This document shows, piece after piece, positions 37,899-48,222 of a DNA stretch of 64,000 nucleotides. The DNA comes from Granulicella sp. (GTDB lineage: Bacteria > Acidobacteriota > Terriglobia > Terriglobales > Acidobacteriaceae). The notes under the pieces were generated by a model, which made no database searches, was not told the origin of the DNA, and saw only the letters and a program-made list of their open reading frames with translations. The stretch spans positions 1 through 64,000 of the forward strand of contig DAHWNL010000082.1 in the NCBI GenBank assembly GCA_027339965.1, read 5' to 3'. How positions within the stretch are numbered: the stretch's first letter is position 1; each line of letters opens with the position of its first letter. Position numbers and translations under genes: made by a program.

Positions 37899-38048
37899 GC
37901 ATTGATTGTGAGTGCATAGTCTTACCTGATATTACTTATTACGTATTATTTTTGCCATACGCAATGTGCCGTACCGGATCGGGACCAAGATTGGGAATCG
38001 TGCCGATCTCCGCTCGCGTGGCGAGCCCGAGGAGGGAGTTCCTCGAAT

Positions 38049-38083
38049 CCCACATCTCAAAAAAGCCGAGATGGGGGGCACCC
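38049..38083 (+). repeat. REP-like palindrome
   Basis: CCCACATCTC-AAAAAAGCC-GAGATGGGGGGCACCC; near-identical inverted copy at 45683-45716. Confidence 0.75.
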
Positions 38084-38103
38084 AATTTCTGTCAGCGCGA
38101 AGC

Positions 38104-38766
38104 TCAGCGCCCGGGGCTGGGGCGCTCCAGGCCGCGGATATGGCGCTGCAACAGCTCAGCGGCCCGCGCCGGGTCGCCCGCCTGTAGCGCCGCGACAATC
38201 TGGCGGTGCGCCTGGTTGGAGGTGGGCTTCCAGGCCGTGGCGCGCAGCACCGAGAAGATTACCCGGGAGCCGGCCCGTTGCAGCTCGTCCAGCATCTCCA
38301 GCAGCCGCGGCATCTGGCAGGGCGCGGCCAGCTCGCGGTGAAAGTTCCGGTTGGCCTGTTCCCACTCCTCCAGCGTCTGGGCCTGCTCGCAGGCCAGCAT
38401 GGCCCGCTCGATCCGTTCCACGCAGCCGGAGGTCAGCTTGGCCGCCGCGTGGGTCAGCGCCAGCGTCTCCAGCGCGGCGCGAATCTCCACAATCTCCTGC
38501 ATCGCCGCCCGGTCCAAGGGCGCTACCCGCACCCCGCGGCGCGGCTCGCTCACCGCCAGCCACTGCGAACGCAGGAGTTGAAACGCCTCTCGCACCGGGA
38601 CGTGGCTGGAGCCGAACTCCTGTGCGATCCGGTCCTGGCGCAGCGCAGCTCCCGGGGGAAGCTCGCCGATGACGATGCGCTCGGCCAGCGCCAGCGCGAT
38701 GCGTTCCGCTACGGTCTCCGCCATGGGGGTCGTCTTCTCATCACCTTCCCGCCGTCTCTTCATCAT
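38104..38766 (-). CDS. bioR: GntR/FCD-family regulator, BioR-like
   Basis: GntR wHTH (LRQDRIAQEFGSSHVPVREAF) plus FCD domain; divergent from the bio operon, with BioR-box-like sites between them. Confidence 0.75.
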   Translation of the reverse strand: MMKRRREGDEKTTPMAETVAERIALALAERIVIGELPPGAALRQDRIAQEFGSSHVPVREAFQLLRSQWLAVSEPRRGVRVAPLDRAAMQEIVEIRAALETLALTHAAAKLTSGCVERIERAMLACEQAQTLEEWEQANRNFHRELAAPCQMPRLLEMLDELQRAGSRVIFSVLRATAWKPTSNQAHRQIVAALQAGDPARAAELLQRHIRGLERPSPGR

Positions 38767-38812
38767 CCTCCCGTTGTGGTCTTCACCATCTTCGCGCCGT
38801 GTTCTCTCATTT

Positions 38813-38900
38813 TTGTAGATTATCTATGAGCTGACTGTCACCGTCACCTGCGCTGCTATACTTGGGCTGCAAATCGGCAGGAGCAATCTATTATCTATGG
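38813..38900. promoter_or_regulatory. BioR-box-like operators
   Basis: TTGTAGATTA (38813), TTATCTATGA (38820) and TTATCTATGG (38891) versus the BioR consensus TTATMKATAA. Confidence 0.6.
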
Positions 38901-38956
38901 ATTGTTCCGCGTCCGGTGGATCGGAGTCCAGCGTGCCCCTGAACGATGAACTTGTC

Positions 38957-39952
38957 ATGCCCTCGGCGAACCCCAGCCCGCCGCCCCAGCCCTCCCCGGA
39001 GACCGGCCGCTGGAGCCGGGCCGAAGCGCTGGCGCTCTACGCTCTACCGTTCCATGATCTGCTCTTCCGCGCGCACACCGTCCATCGCGAAAACTTTCAT
39101 CCCAATCAGATTCAGCTCAGCCAGTTGCTCAGCATCAAGACCGGGGGATGCTCGGAGGACTGCGGCTACTGCAGCCAGTCCGCGCGCAGCGCCACGGGCG
39201 TGAACGCCACTCAACTGATGGATGTGGATCGGGTGCTGCGGGAGGCGCGGGCGGCCAAGGCCGGCGGCGCTACCCGCTACTGCATGGGCGCTGCGTGGCG
39301 CAGCCCCAGGCCGGCCGACATGCCGGCTGTCCAGGCCATGGTGCGCGGGGTGAAGGCTCTGGGGCTGGAGACCTGCATGACGCTGGGCATGCTCTCCAGC
39401 GAGCAGGCCGAATCCCTCGCCGAGGCTGGCCTGGATTTCTACAACCATAACATCGACACCTCCGAACGCTTCTATCCGCAGATCATCACCACCCGCAGGT
39501 TTCAGGACCGGCTGGAGACGCTCGAGCATGTGCGCCGGGCGGGCATCAAGGTCTGCGCGGGCGGAATTCTGGGGATGGGCGAGACCGCCGAGGATCGCAT
39601 CGAGATGCTGCTCACGCTGGCCAACCTGCCCGCCCCGCCGGAGAGCGTGCCCATCAACATGCTGATTCCCATTCCAGGCTCCAAGCTGGCCGGGGCCGCG
39701 CCGGTGGACCCGCTGGAGTTTGTCCGCGTCATCGCGCTGGCCCGCATCCTGATGCCGCAGTCCCATATACGGCTCTCCGCGGGGCGGAAGGAGATGAGCG
39801 ACGAGCTGCACGCGCTGTGCTTCTTTGCCGGAGCGAACTCGATCTTTGTGGGCGAAACGCTGCTCACGGCCGCCAATCCGGGGGTGGACCGGGATACGCA
39901 GCTTCTGGCCCGGCTGGGAATCACGCCGGAGCCGGCCTCCGGAGAAGCGTGA
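38957..39952 (+). CDS. bioB: Biotin synthase
   Basis: [10 protein letters not shown] radical-SAM motif, [22 protein letters not shown]. Confidence 0.97.
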   Translation: MPSANPSPPPQPSPETGRWSRAEALALYALPFHDLLFRAHTVHRENFHPNQIQLSQLLSIKTGGCSEDCGYCSQSARSATGVNATQLMDVDRVLREARAAKAGGATRYCMGAAWRSPRPADMPAVQAMVRGVKALGLETCMTLGMLSSEQAESLAEAGLDFYNHNIDTSERFYPQIITTRRFQDRLETLEHVRRAGIKVCAGGILGMGETAEDRIEMLLTLANLPAPPESVPINMLIPIPGSKLAGAAPVDPLEFVRVIALARILMPQSHIRLSAGRKEMSDELHALCFFAGANSIFVGETLLTAANPGVDRDTQLLARLGITPEPASGEA

Positions 39953-41172
39953 TGCGGCCCGGGTCAGCGCAGTCTGGGCCGGCGCCGCTCGGGAATGAAT
40001 CAGCGCCGTCTGAGACGGAATCAGCCCGGCCCTGGGCCGGGTCAGCCCCCTATCGGGCTGCGCTCACCCAGCTCGACCGCAAAGCGCGGCTGCGCCGCCT
40101 GGCGCGGCCCGGCGGCTACGACTTCACCTCCAACGACTATCTGGCGCTGGCCGGCTCCGCAGCGATGCGCGCGGGCGTTCTGGCCGCGCTGGAGCGGGGC
40201 GTTCCGGTGGGCGCGGGCGGCTCGCGCCTGCTGCGCGGCAACCACGCCGAGCATGAGGCGCTGGAGCAGGAGGCGGCCGCTTTCTTTCACTCGCCGCGGA
40301 TGTTGTATTTTGGCAGCGGCTACATGGCCAACCTGGCGATCCTGGCCACGCTGCCGCAGCGCGGCGATCTGGTGGCGCACGATGAGCTGATCCACGCCAG
40401 CGCCCATGCCGGCATGGGCGCGGGGCGTGCTGAGACGGTCAGCGTGGCCCACAACGACGCCAATGCCTTTGAAGATGCGCTGCGCCGCTGGCGCGCGGCC
40501 GGGGGCCGAGGGCGTCCGTGGATCGCCGTGGAGAGCCTTTACTCCATGGACGGCGACCGGGCTCCGCTGGCTGAGCTGGCCAAGCTGGCCGAGCGCTATG
40601 ACGGCTTTTTGCTGGTGGATGAGGCGCACGCCACCGGAGTGCATGGGCCGCGGGGCCGCGGGCTGGCTGCCGGGCTGGAGGGCCGGGAGAACGTGGTGGC
40701 GCTGCACACCTGCGGCAAGGCGCTGGGTGCGGAAGGCGCGCTGGTGGGGGCAAGCGCGGTGCTCTGCGAGTATCTGGTGAATCACGCGCGGCCATTCATG
40801 TACTCCACTGCGCCCTCGCCGCTGGCTGCGGCCGCGGTGCGGCAGGCGCTGAAGATTCTGGCCGAGGAGCCGGAGCGGCGGCTAAGGCTGCACGAGCTGA
40901 TCGACGCGGCCAACCGGAGGCGTCAAGCCGGCCTGGGCGCCCCGGGCAGCGGCACGCAGATTCTGCCGGTCATCCTGGGTGAGAACGCCCGCGCGCTGCG
41001 CCTGGCCGCGCGCATGCAGGCCGAGGGGTTTGACCTTCGCGCCATCCGCCCGCCGACCGTCCCGGCCGGCACGGCGCGGCTGCGCATCGCCATCACGCTG
41101 AACGTGGACGCTGCCGTGGTCGAGCGCATGTTCGCGCATCTGGCGGCGGCGATAGCTGAGGAGGACGCATGA
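39952..41172 (+). CDS. bioF: 8-amino-7-oxononanoate synthase
   Basis: [45 protein letters not shown]. Confidence 0.95.
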   Translation: MRPGSAQSGPAPLGNESAPSETESARPWAGSAPYRAALTQLDRKARLRRLARPGGYDFTSNDYLALAGSAAMRAGVLAALERGVPVGAGGSRLLRGNHAEHEALEQEAAAFFHSPRMLYFGSGYMANLAILATLPQRGDLVAHDELIHASAHAGMGAGRAETVSVAHNDANAFEDALRRWRAAGGRGRPWIAVESLYSMDGDRAPLAELAKLAERYDGFLLVDEAHATGVHGPRGRGLAAGLEGRENVVALHTCGKALGAEGALVGASAVLCEYLVNHARPFMYSTAPSPLAAAAVRQALKILAEEPERRLRLHELIDAANRRRQAGLGAPGSGTQILPVILGENARALRLAARMQAEGFDLRAIRPPTVPAGTARLRIAITLNVDAAVVERMFAHLAAAIAEEDA

Positions 41173-41825
41173 GCCTGCGAGTGGTGGTGACCGGAACCGA
41201 TACGGGGATTGGGAAGACGGCGTTCTCCGCAGCCTTGACCGATGCGCTGGACGGCTGTTACTGGAAGCCGGTGCAGTCCGGGCTGGAGGAAGAGACGGAC
41301 AGCGAGACGGTGCATCGGCTGGGGCGGATCCCCCGCGAGCGGATCTTTGCCGAGGCGTGGCGGCTGCGGACGCCGGCGTCTCCGCATCTCTCGGCGGAGC
41401 TGGACGGCGTGGCGATTCAGCCCGCGGCGCTGCAACCGCCCGCATGCAGCCGGCCGCTGGTCATCGAGGGCGCGGGCGGTCTGCTGGTTCCGCTTACCCG
41501 CGGGGAGACCTTTGCCGACGTCTTTGCCCGCTGGCGGATTCCCACCATTCTGTGCGCCCGGACCGAGCTGGGCACCATCAACCACACGCTGCTGTCGCTG
41601 GAGGCGATGCGGCGGCGGCGGATTCCGGTGCTGGGCCTGGCCTTCATCGGCGAGCAGCGCAGCGATACGCAGCGCACCCTTGCGGAGATGGGCGAGGTGC
41701 GCGTGCTGGGCCGACTGCCCTGGCTGAAGCCTTTGACCCCGGAGAGCCTGCGCGCGGCTGTGCGGGAGAACTTTGATCTCTCGCCGGTCTTCGCTCTGGC
41801 GCGAGTTGAGGAGAGACCGGCATGA
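41169..41825 (+). CDS. bioD: Dethiobiotin synthetase
   Basis: [32 protein letters not shown]. Confidence 0.96.
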   Translation: MSLRVVVTGTDTGIGKTAFSAALTDALDGCYWKPVQSGLEEETDSETVHRLGRIPRERIFAEAWRLRTPASPHLSAELDGVAIQPAALQPPACSRPLVIEGAGGLLVPLTRGETFADVFARWRIPTILCARTELGTINHTLLSLEAMRRRRIPVLGLAFIGEQRSDTQRTLAEMGEVRVLGRLPWLKPLTPESLRAAVRENFDLSPVFALARVEERPA

Positions 41826-43120
41826 ACGACGCGAAGGCTAGCTCGCCGGTGTGGCATCCCTTTACCCAGCACGCGCTGGACCCGGTGACCACCCGGGTGG
41901 TCAGCACCGAGGGGGCGTATCTCATCGACGAGCACGGCCGCCGGATTCTGGATGCCATCTCGTCCTGGTGGGTGATTACGCATGGGCATCGCCATCCGGC
42001 GATCATGGAGGCTATTCAGAGGGCGGCGGAGAGCCTGGATCAGGTGATCTTTGCAGAGTACACCCACCAGCCGGCCGAGGATCTGGCCCGCGGACTGATC
42101 CGCCTGGCGCCGCCCGGGTTGACGCGCGTCTTCTACTCCGATAGCGGCTCGACCAGCGTCGAGGCGGCGCTGAAGATGGCGCTTGGCTTCTTCTACAACA
42201 GCGGCGTTCCGCGCTCGCGCATTGTGGTGATGGAGCACAGCTATCACGGCGATACGATTGGGGCCATGTCCATTGGCGAGCGCGGGGTCTTCAATGCGCC
42301 TTACCAGCCGCTCCTGTTTGATGTGGACGCCATCCCTTTCCCCGAACCGGGGCGCGAACAGGAGACGCTGGATGCCTTGGAGCGTCTCTGCCGCGGCGGG
42401 CAGGTGGCGGCGCTCATCGTCGAGCCGCTGCTGCTGGGCGCGGGCGGCATGAAGATGTATCCGCCGCGGATGCTGGCCGAGCTCCAGCGAATCGCGCAGC
42501 GGCATCAGACGCTGTTTATCGCCGATGAGGTGATGACCGGCTGGGGCCGGACCGGCACGCTGTTCGCCTGCGAGCAGGCCGGCGTGGCTCCGGATATCCT
42601 TTGCACCTCCAAGGGCATCACCGGCGGAGCTGTGCCGCTGGCGGCCACGCTGTGCAGGGAGGAGATCTTCGCCGCGCACCTCTCCCGCGACCGCCGGCGC
42701 ACCTTCTTTCACTCCAGCTCCTACACGGCGAACCCGATTGCCTGCGCGGCGGGGTTGGCCAACCTCGAGGTATGGAGTTCGGAGCCGGTGGCCGAGCGCA
42801 TCGCCGGGCTGGAGCGGATGCACCGCGAGCGGCTGGCGCGCTTCCGCCAGGATGCGCGCTTCCGCAACGTCCGGCAGTGCGGGACCATCGTGGCCTTGGA
42901 TCTTGACGTGCCGGCCACGGGCTATCTCGCGGAGGTGGGGCTGGAGTTGAAGCGCTTCTTCCGCGGGCGGGATCTGTTGATCCGTCCGCTGGGCAACGTG
43001 ATCTACCTGATGACGCCGTACTGCGTGACCGCGGACGAGCTTGACCAGGCCTATGCGGCCATCGACGAGGCGGCTGACCTGCTGCGTCAGGCTGGGCCGT
43101 TTAAGGCTGGGCGACGATGA
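41822..43120 (+). CDS. bioA: DAPA aminotransferase
   Basis: [45 protein letters not shown]. Confidence 0.96.
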   Translation: MNDAKASSPVWHPFTQHALDPVTTRVVSTEGAYLIDEHGRRILDAISSWWVITHGHRHPAIMEAIQRAAESLDQVIFAEYTHQPAEDLARGLIRLAPPGLTRVFYSDSGSTSVEAALKMALGFFYNSGVPRSRIVVMEHSYHGDTIGAMSIGERGVFNAPYQPLLFDVDAIPFPEPGREQETLDALERLCRGGQVAALIVEPLLLGAGGMKMYPPRMLAELQRIAQRHQTLFIADEVMTGWGRTGTLFACEQAGVAPDILCTSKGITGGAVPLAATLCREEIFAAHLSRDRRRTFFHSSSYTANPIACAAGLANLEVWSSEPVAERIAGLERMHRERLARFRQDARFRNVRQCGTIVALDLDVPATGYLAEVGLELKRFFRGRDLLIRPLGNVIYLMTPYCVTADELDQAYAAIDEAADLLRQAGPFKAGRR

Positions 43121-44112
43121 GAGCGCCGGCGAGCCGGCTGGCGGGCCTGGGCCACGCCGTTCCACAGCGGCGCGTGGAGAACGCCGAGATCGAGCAGCGG
43201 CTGGGTCTGGAGCCCGGCTGGATCGAGCGCCGCACAGGCATCCGCGCGCGGCGCTGGGCGGAGCCGGCGCAGACGCTGACCGAGCTGGCCGGGCAGGCCG
43301 CCGCCATGGCGCTGGAGAGCGCCGGCGTGGTGCGCGCGGAGGTAGGGCTGACGCTGTTGGCCACCTCGACGCCAGACCATCTGCTGCCGCCCTCGGCGCC
43401 GTTGCTTACGCATCGGTTGCGTCTGTCCAACTCCGGAGCGATCGACCTCACCGGCGCGTGCGCGGGTTTTCTCTATGCCTTGACGCTGGCCGATGGGTTT
43501 GTGAGAACCCAGGGCAAAGCTGTGCTGATCGTGGCCGCGAATCTGCTCAGCCGGCGCATCAACCCCGCGGAGACGGCCAGCTCGATCCTGTTTGCCGACG
43601 CGGCTGGGGCCGTGCTGCTGGCTCCGTCACGCTCGCCGGCGTCGGGCGTTCGAAGCGTCGATCTGGCCTCCGATGGCAGCCAGTACGATCTGATCTCGAT
43701 TCCCGCCGGGGGAAGCCAACGGCCGTTCGTGGCCGGCATGGACCCCAGTGAGCTGCGGATGACCATGAGCCACGGCAGAGCGCTCTTCGCGCAGGCCGTG
43801 CGCATGATGACCGAGTGCTCGGCGCGTGCGCTGCGCCAGGCCGGCCTGAGGGCGGAGGAGATCGATCGGTTTGTCCCCCACCAGGCCAACCTCCGCATTC
43901 TGGACGCGGTCTGCGCGAACCTGGGCATCTCCAACCACAAGATGGTGCAAACTCTGCACGAGTTTGGCAATTCCTCGGCCGCCACTATCCCATTGTCCTT
44001 GTCTCTCTCGCATCAGGAGCGGCCTTTGGCCCCCGGGGAGCGGCTGTTGCTCACCGCGGCTGGCGCAGGGCTGTTGGGCGGCAGTGTGGTCTGGGCCGTG
44101 GGCCAGGACTGA
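43117..44112 (+). CDS. bioZ: FabH-like 3-ketoacyl-ACP synthase III, BioZ
   Basis: GACAGF, HQAN and GNSSAA catalytic triad; last gene of bioBFDA, coupled by ATGA. Confidence 0.8.
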   Translation: MRAPASRLAGLGHAVPQRRVENAEIEQRLGLEPGWIERRTGIRARRWAEPAQTLTELAGQAAAMALESAGVVRAEVGLTLLATSTPDHLLPPSAPLLTHRLRLSNSGAIDLTGACAGFLYALTLADGFVRTQGKAVLIVAANLLSRRINPAETASSILFADAAGAVLLAPSRSPASGVRSVDLASDGSQYDLISIPAGGSQRPFVAGMDPSELRMTMSHGRALFAQAVRMMTECSARALRQAGLRAEEIDRFVPHQANLRILDAVCANLGISNHKMVQTLHEFGNSSAATIPLSLSLSHQERPLAPGERLLLTAAGAGLLGGSVVWAVGQD

Positions 44113-44141
44113 AGCGGTCACGCTGCTATCCTGCTTGCATC

Positions 44142-45668
44142 ATGCGTCTTTCGTTCGCCGCAGATCGCGCCGCCGTTCTGGTAGTTTGCCTCCCCGCTCT
44201 TCTTGCCCTCGCCGCCGTTCTTCGCCCATCCACCGTGCTGGCTTCATCCGCGCAGCAGCCTGCATGGCCGCCCGCCGCGCCGGCCGCGCCCGGCTCGCCA
44301 GGGCTTTCTGCCGAGACCGCCGGCCAGGTGGCCGCGATCGCGCAGAAGGTGCTGGCGCAGAGTGGCGTTCCTTCCGCCTCCATCGGCATCGTGCAGAATG
44401 GCAAGATCGTCTACACCCAGGCCTTCGGGCTGGCGCGGGTCGCTCCGGCGCTGCCCGCGCAGGCATCCATGGCTTATCCGATCGGCTCCATCTCCAAGCA
44501 GTTCACGGCCACGGCGATGCTGCTGCTGCAACAACAGGGCAAGCTCTGTCTGGAGGATCCGGTGAGCAAGTACTTTCCGGAGCTCACCGCCTCTCATCAG
44601 GTGCGGCTCATCAATCTGCTCACCCATACCTCCGGCTACCAGGACTACGCGCCTCAGGACTACACCATTCCCGCCTGGAAGCTGCCCGGGCATCCGCTGC
44701 GCATTGTGCAAGAGTTTGCGGGCAAGCCGTTGGACTTTGCTCCTGGGACGCAGTGGCAGTACTCCAACACCAACTTTGTGCTGGCCGCGCTGATCGTGCA
44801 GAAGGTGAGCGGCGAACCCTTCGCCAGATTCCTGCGCGACAATGTGCTGAAGCCCGCGGGCCTGGAGGGCGTCCTGAACCTGAACACGCAGCAGTCCCGT
44901 CTGCAGGTCACCGGTTATATGCGCTACGCCCTGGCGCCCATCACTCCCGCGGCGCTGGAGGCTCCCGGATGGTACTTCGGCGACGCTGACCTGGCCATGA
45001 CCGCGGGCCAACTGCTGCAATGGGATCTGACCCTTATCAACCGGTCGCTGCTGAGCCCGGCCGGCTATCAGGAGATGGAGACGCCCTTCTTCCTCGCCAA
45101 TGGCCGGAACTCGCACTACGGCCTGGGCGTGGAGGTGCGGCAGCAGGAGGGCCGTCGCGTCCTGGAACACTCCGGGGAGGTAGGCGGCTTCGTCGCCGAA
45201 GATGTGGTCTATCCCGAGGACCGGGCCGCCATCGTCGTGCTCACCAACCAAGAGGCGTCCGAAGCCGCCGACCAGATCGCGCGCCAGATCGCTCCGCTGA
45301 TTCTCCCCGCGAAGTCTGCGGCCGCCGCCTCATCGGCCAACCCGGCTCTGGCCACGGCGCAGGGCTTCGCGCCCCAACTGCAGAAGGTGCTGGCCGGGCT
45401 GCAGAAGGGCAAGATCGACCGCGCCCTGTTCACCGCCGACTGCAACGACTACTTTGATGCGGCGGCGCTGGGCGACTACCGCTCCAGCCTCTCCCCCATG
45501 GGCTCGCTCAGCGCCGTCGCCGCCTCGACCGCCGAGCTGCGCGGCGGAATGACCTTTGGCCTCTACCGCGCCGTCTTCTCCGGTGGGACCACCGTGTTGA
45601 TCACCGTCTATCTGGAGCCCGACGGCCGGATCGAGCAACTGTTAGTGGTTGGCAAGGCCGGGGAATGA
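44142..45668 (+). CDS. Exported serine hydrolase (beta-lactamase/PBP-like)
   Basis: Signal peptide, SISK (SxxK), LLTHTSG, YSN, HSG. Confidence 0.9.
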   Translation: MRLSFAADRAAVLVVCLPALLALAAVLRPSTVLASSAQQPAWPPAAPAAPGSPGLSAETAGQVAAIAQKVLAQSGVPSASIGIVQNGKIVYTQAFGLARVAPALPAQASMAYPIGSISKQFTATAMLLLQQQGKLCLEDPVSKYFPELTASHQVRLINLLTHTSGYQDYAPQDYTIPAWKLPGHPLRIVQEFAGKPLDFAPGTQWQYSNTNFVLAALIVQKVSGEPFARFLRDNVLKPAGLEGVLNLNTQQSRLQVTGYMRYALAPITPAALEAPGWYFGDADLAMTAGQLLQWDLTLINRSLLSPAGYQEMETPFFLANGRNSHYGLGVEVRQQEGRRVLEHSGEVGGFVAEDVVYPEDRAAIVVLTNQEASEAADQIARQIAPLILPAKSAAAASSANPALATAQGFAPQLQKVLAGLQKGKIDRALFTADCNDYFDAAALGDYRSSLSPMGSLSAVAASTAELRGGMTFGLYRAVFSGGTTVLITVYLEPDGRIEQLLVVGKAGE

Positions 45669-45682
45669 GCCCCTGCAGGTGC

Positions 45683-45716
45683 GGGTGCCCGACATCTCGG
45701 TTTTTTGAGATGTGGG
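45683..45716 (-). repeat. REP-like palindrome
   Basis: Reverse complement CCCACATCTCAAAAAACCGAGATGTCGGGCACCC. Confidence 0.75.
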
Positions 45717-45786
45717 TTCGCAGGATGTCTCTGCTGCCTGCGCTCTGTACCGCTGCGCATCGGCTTCGATCCTCGGTGAGTCGCCC

Positions 45787-45902
45787 TGTAGCATTTTCAG
45801 TGTTGCTGGGTACACCGGAGAGGGCGTGCAGTGGCGTTTTCATTGGGGAAAACGCCCACGGAGGTCGGGGCGTCGCGTTACACCTGCACTGAAAACCCTT
45901 TA
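45787..45902. repeat. ~116-bp MITE-like palindromic element, copy B
   Basis: Terminal inverted TTTTCAGTG/CACTGAAAA, central GGCGTTTTC/GAAAACGCC hairpin; ends on the TAA of the adjacent gene. Confidence 0.75.
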
Positions 45903-48068
45903 GTTCTGGAATTTGGAGGGGTCGCGCTGGAAGATCACCTGGCGGCTGTGGCTGGAGGCGCGAATCTCCGGAGTGCTGCCGTCGTTGAGAATCACCTGCG
46001 TCGGCAGGGAGGCTACGACGACCCGCGTGGTGGCGTTCGAGAAGCCGGGGATGTGGATGAGCGTGGTGGTGGTGAAGGTTCCGGAGCGCACCGAGAGAGG
46101 GACATCCACGGCGGGAGCGCCGTCGTTGTGAACTGTCACCGAAACCAGCCAGCCGGCGTCGTGTCCCTTGCCGGCCGGGAGCCGGCTGGGTTCCACGTCG
46201 ACGATGGAGAGGTCAGGAAGGCCGCGGTCGCGAAGGATCCAGTCGGAAAAGAACCAGCCCAGGTCTTTGCCGCTGGTCTTTTCCAGCAGCCTTTCAAAGG
46301 CCACGGCCTGAACCGCGGCATCGTCCGTGTTGAAGAGGCCGTTCTTCTCGGCGGTCTCTTCCCGCCAGAGGGTGAGGGCCTGCTGCAGGGCCGGTTCGCC
46401 GGCGATGTTGCGCAGCATCCACCAGACCGCGGCTGCTTTGCGCCGGTAGTACAGCTCATTGCCAGCCGAGATCAGAGGCTCGCCAGCGGGAGCGAAGGCG
46501 GCGTCGGCCTGCTGCTCGGAGTCAAAGCTGACCTCGGCGATGTTCAATGGCTGAATCAGGTTGTTGAGGGCTAGGATGGCGGCCGAGCGGCCTTGCGTCT
46601 GCTCGATCCAGAGCAGGCTGATGAACTGCGCGAGGCCCTCGTCAAACCAAGGCTGGCCAGTCTGGATCCAGGCATGGGTAAGAGAGTGGGCCAGCGCCGG
46701 GCTGGAGGCCGAAGAGGAGAGTTTGCGGATGGGAGCCACCAGCAGCGCCAGATCTTCAAACGGATCGCCGGGGTGGTCCAGCACGCTGAGCGGCACAAGA
46801 GGCGTCGGACCAAACCAGGCTTGCAACAAGGGCGCGATGCGCTCGGCGGAGTCCGCCAGCGCCGGTAGAGCGTCCGGGTCAGAACTTTCTACCGAGAGCA
46901 CATCCACGGGGCCGGCCGGGTGGCTGGCCGGAGACGCGTTCGGCCGCACCCCGGGCTGTGGCGGCGATAAGGATGAGGAGATGGAGGCGGAGGGAGGCAT
47001 GGAGACCGGCGCCAGGGCTACCTCCGGCTGCTGGACCACAAACAGGCTGGGCTGGCGGAAGTCGAGAGGCTCGGCAGGGAAGTCGGCGGTGGCGATGCCA
47101 GTGCCGTCGGAGACGGAGGGGTCATCCGGATGGGGAGCCAGGCGCAGGCCGCGGCCACAGAAGTAAGCTGCCACGGGCGGCGCGCCACGGTAGACAACGG
47201 CCAGCCGGAGGTGGACAGTCGCCTGCTCTTCCGCCAGTCGCTGCCGCCCGATGGCCTGGAAGAGCTTGGCTCCGTCGCCCAGGAAGAGCTGCGGCGAGGC
47301 TGCGGGATACCACAGGACATCGCCAAAGCCGCGCAGAGCGACGATAACGGTCGGCGGAGACGGAGGCGCCGGAGCGACGTCTCCCGAACTGCTGCTGAAG
47401 TTGAGTGCAGACTGGACAGGGTTGGAACCCACCGCATCCCAGTCGGCGGCCACCGCCTCAGCGGGGGAGGCGCCGATGCGCTCCAGGCGATGACCGCTCG
47501 CATGCAGCGTGCCGGAGTATACGGTGTCCAGGGTGATGGCCGCTCCCGGATCCAGCGGCGAGGGCAGGTCAAGGATCGCCTCTGAGCACTTGCCGGTGTG
47601 GTCGGCGTCGGTATCGATCAGGTGTTGGGCCAGGGGAAGCTGCACAACGCGGGCGGCCGACGGCTGGCCGCTGCCGGAGGGAAGAAGGCTGGCGCTGGCC
47701 CAGATCAGGGAGGAAGAGATCTGCAGCGCAATCCGGGAGAGCGGCTGGTTGCCGATGTTGCGCAGCGTGACCCGGGCGCGCATGGTCATCTCGCCATTGG
47801 CGGGATCCAGACGCGCGTCCAGGTCATAGGCGGTGAAGAGCAGGGAAGAACGCTGGGCGTCGGTCAGCACCGGTCCAGAGGGAGTCTGGCCCGCAACGGC
47901 TGCCGGCGGTTGCGGAGGAGCATCGTCATCCGGGGTGGGGGGTGGTTCGCCGTGGCTCTGGAACAGGACCTGGCCGCGAGGCGGCGGCAGGGGCGGCTCG
48001 GCGGGGGTGGATTGGGCGTGCGCGGCCAGGCTTGTCACCAGAAGGGTGAGAAGGCTCAGGCAGACCAT
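45900..48068 (-). CDS. Exported M1-aminopeptidase/gluzincin-like protein, degenerate active site
   Basis: Signal peptide; LAHSLTHAW...WFDEGLA; YYRRKAAAVWWMLR; KDLGWFFSDW. Confidence 0.75.
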   Translation of the reverse strand: MVCLSLLTLLVTSLAAHAQSTPAEPPLPPPRGQVLFQSHGEPPPTPDDDAPPQPPAAVAGQTPSGPVLTDAQRSSLLFTAYDLDARLDPANGEMTMRARVTLRNIGNQPLSRIALQISSSLIWASASLLPSGSGQPSAARVVQLPLAQHLIDTDADHTGKCSEAILDLPSPLDPGAAITLDTVYSGTLHASGHRLERIGASPAEAVAADWDAVGSNPVQSALNFSSSSGDVAPAPPSPPTVIVALRGFGDVLWYPAASPQLFLGDGAKLFQAIGRQRLAEEQATVHLRLAVVYRGAPPVAAYFCGRGLRLAPHPDDPSVSDGTGIATADFPAEPLDFRQPSLFVVQQPEVALAPVSMPPSASISSSLSPPQPGVRPNASPASHPAGPVDVLSVESSDPDALPALADSAERIAPLLQAWFGPTPLVPLSVLDHPGDPFEDLALLVAPIRKLSSSASSPALAHSLTHAWIQTGQPWFDEGLAQFISLLWIEQTQGRSAAILALNNLIQPLNIAEVSFDSEQQADAAFAPAGEPLISAGNELYYRRKAAAVWWMLRNIAGEPALQQALTLWREETAEKNGLFNTDDAAVQAVAFERLLEKTSGKDLGWFFSDWILRDRGLPDLSIVDVEPSRLPAGKGHDAGWLVSVTVHNDGAPAVDVPLSVRSGTFTTTTLIHIPGFSNATTRVVVASLPTQVILNDGSTPEIRASSHSRQVIFQRDPSKFQN

Positions 48069-48222
48069 GCGCAGGGTGCGGGGTGTAGGCAAGATGAAGG
48101 ACTCCGTGAAGCACGAACAGGATCGTAGATCGTTGGCCAAGCCATTCGACGGCGGCCGGGAAGCAGGTGCGATGAAAGATGGTCCGAAGCCGGGTTTGCC
48201 GCGAACGGTCTTCGGCGGGAGG

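Larger units (their letters stand above)
2273..37950 (-). mobile_element. Podovirus-like prophage-derived element (apparently immobile/domesticated)
   Basis: Co-oriented repressor, replication initiator, terminases, portal, capsid, nozzle, fibres and endolysin. No tape measure or sheath. No integrase or att repeat seen, so the boundaries are approximate. Confidence 0.9.

Noticed and set aside
1830..38100. attL/attR direct repeats or a tRNA integration site
   Set aside because: No matching repeat between 1830-2270 and 37900-38100 and no tRNA found by eye; a very short core could be missed.
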